In this document: positions 62,157 to 64,000 of the stretch, one piece after another | Layout of the letters: each line of letters opens with the position of its first letter | Numbering within the stretch: the stretch's first letter is position 1 | Position numbers and translations under genes: made by a program | Source of the DNA: Massalongia carnosa | Taxonomy: Eukaryota | Direction of reading: 5' to 3' | DNA: 64,000 bases | NCBI GenBank assembly: GCA_965645245.1 | Contig: OZ287083.1 | Coordinates: forward strand, 558,001-622,000 | The notes under the pieces: generated by a model | What the model saw: only the letters and a program-made list of their open reading frames with translations | Database searches by the model: none | Told to the model about the DNA's origin: nothing

Positions 62157-64000
62157 ATCACAGGCACTCCATCAAGTATTCTTTTTTAAAATTCACTTAC
62201 TTTCTTCCTAGCTCCGCTGTCTAGCGCCTACCTTTTCTTTTTCCTGTGAGTTTCACTGGCGACTTTCTTAAATGCAAAAAACATGGCTCAGCCGTCGTAC
62301 AAGAAGAAGCATGGAAAGCCGAGCGAGCGTACGAGATACCCCCGAACGAAAAATCCTGTATAATATGCACGATGACACGAGTGCATTGGGTCGGTGTCCT
62401 CGTGCCTTTTTCTTGTGGATTGTGCGTCATTGACGTGATATCCCAGGTGACTTTTTGTGGATTATTCTCAGGTTTATTTCGCATGTAGAGTGCCTTTGGC
62501 AATCTCCCCTTCCTTCTCGTTCTATGAAGAGAAGGTGGGGGGGATAGGAGCTATTGGGCCTTATGAACAAGCCATGAAGGTAGGGTTACTGGGGGAACAG
62601 CGGAGGACTTGGGGATATTAATGTATCTACGTCTGGAACCCTAGCGTTAGGAGCTGTTGACCCCTTGGGCTGTACAGATCTAGGATCAATTCAGCGTCTT
62701 GGCCTTGGAGGTGAGCTTCTTTGGTGTGTGCTACTCTGATCATGTATAATGGAATGGGTACCTACGTCCCCAGCGCCATATCAAACAGAATTCGCCACAA
62801 AATCTCTTGCTTCACTCCAAGCATTTTCTCAAGAACATATTCCTCCTTACATTGCGGCCTTGGTTTGCACCTGACTCACGTATGAATCGCTCCCGTTCAC
62901 TCCCACTTGCCCCGTTCCCCCCTCCTATCACAACTCGTCAGAGAAGAGTAGCGATTTGAATCAATATCGGAGCTGCAAGGATAACACCTTTATTGTTTCG
63001 TCACCAGCAGGCTGTGTTGGGGGTCTATCCTCTTAAAACATATCTTGTAAAAGACTATCTCATTTAGTAGTTAAAGAAAGGGAAAAGGGATGACATGGAA
63101 TTTACCAAAAGCACCTAGGGATTATCCCATTCCAGCAGCTGTACATTTCTTGGCGTGTCTCTTGGCAGCCGCGACGCTTTTCTTCTAACAAAACGTTACC
63201 GTCAATTAGTCAAACATTATTGACCAGCTGCTGCTGCATGAATGAGCGATTACGGAGTATTAACACGATGCGGTTTTTTCCATGATCAGCTCATGGATCT
63301 ACAAGTCTTGGCTTTCAGGGCGAAGAAGCTATGAGAGCTAATTTTTTTTTCAGCTATTGGGCGGTGCTGGCAATTCCTGATTCGAGGCTATCGCTCATTA
63401 AATCAATGCTATCAGAAAGATAAAGGAAGTACGCTACAGGATGCGTTGATATTGCAAGTACGCGGCTACAGAGCGCTCGGGAAGTTGAGAAACGGATCCC
63501 AAAACAGAGGTCATACGATGAAGAAGCGCTAAGAGAATGCACCTTTAACTAGGAATGCATGTGTGTACAGAGTTCATTTAACTGGCGCTGCATAGATGCC
63601 TTCTACAAGTCAGTGGGGAAGGATCCCATTTCTGTACAAGCAGGAACTCTTCATCTGCACGACCCATCCCAGTTCCATCTCCGTGAGGTCACTTCCGAGC
63701 ATCTGCGGAAAACGCTGATAGCCCGCGATTTATATAGCGATTCTTCGTTCCTGAGCTTACCATTCTTGGCAAGCTTGGCTCCTTCCATTTCGTCTTGCAG
63801 CCTTCCACGTTGGGGTGGTATGAATGCTGCTCAGATGCAAAATTGATAAATCTCGCCTTTTCGTTCCTTTGCTATTGTCTTCACTTTGCAGATACCCCTC
63901 TTAGCCTGGTGCTCGAGGCCGTCATGCTCTCTCTACCTGCCTTGCTCAGTAAGGTCGTAACTTCGTTCAACCATCATCTCGATGGCTTGTCCGATTTCAA

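Noticed and set aside
62221..64000. Short ORFs at the window end
   Set aside because: No recognisable product or supportable gene model

Overview
A 64 kb window of a filamentous-ascomycete (Pezizomycotina) nuclear genome with short GT-AG introns; coordinates and exon borders were read by eye. It holds about 16 housekeeping genes: Nup98-96 5' part, SDR, centrin CDC31, SidL-like GNAT, STN1, NTF2-like protein, RIB2-like deaminase, DNAJC9-like, MARVEL-like, Usp, RSM7, xanthine dehydrogenase hxA, RVB1, NRK1, BDF1 and UTP5. Highlights: (1) a RID/Masc1-type C5 DNA methyltransferase with two in-frame TGA codons and an altered motif I; (2) a ~13 kb transposon nest (37.5-50.3 kb) in which a DD34E Tc1 element is split by a solo LTR, a young chromovirus and a second solo LTR, with a MULE just upstream; the second solo LTR carries a CAC-ended element with a 5-bp TSD; (3) Tf1-type self-priming and -1 frameshift signals in the chromovirus; (4) an in-frame Trp-rich candidate alternative exon in an intron of the NTF2-like gene; (5) a hAT element with TIR/TSD and a consensus UaY site upstream of hxA.
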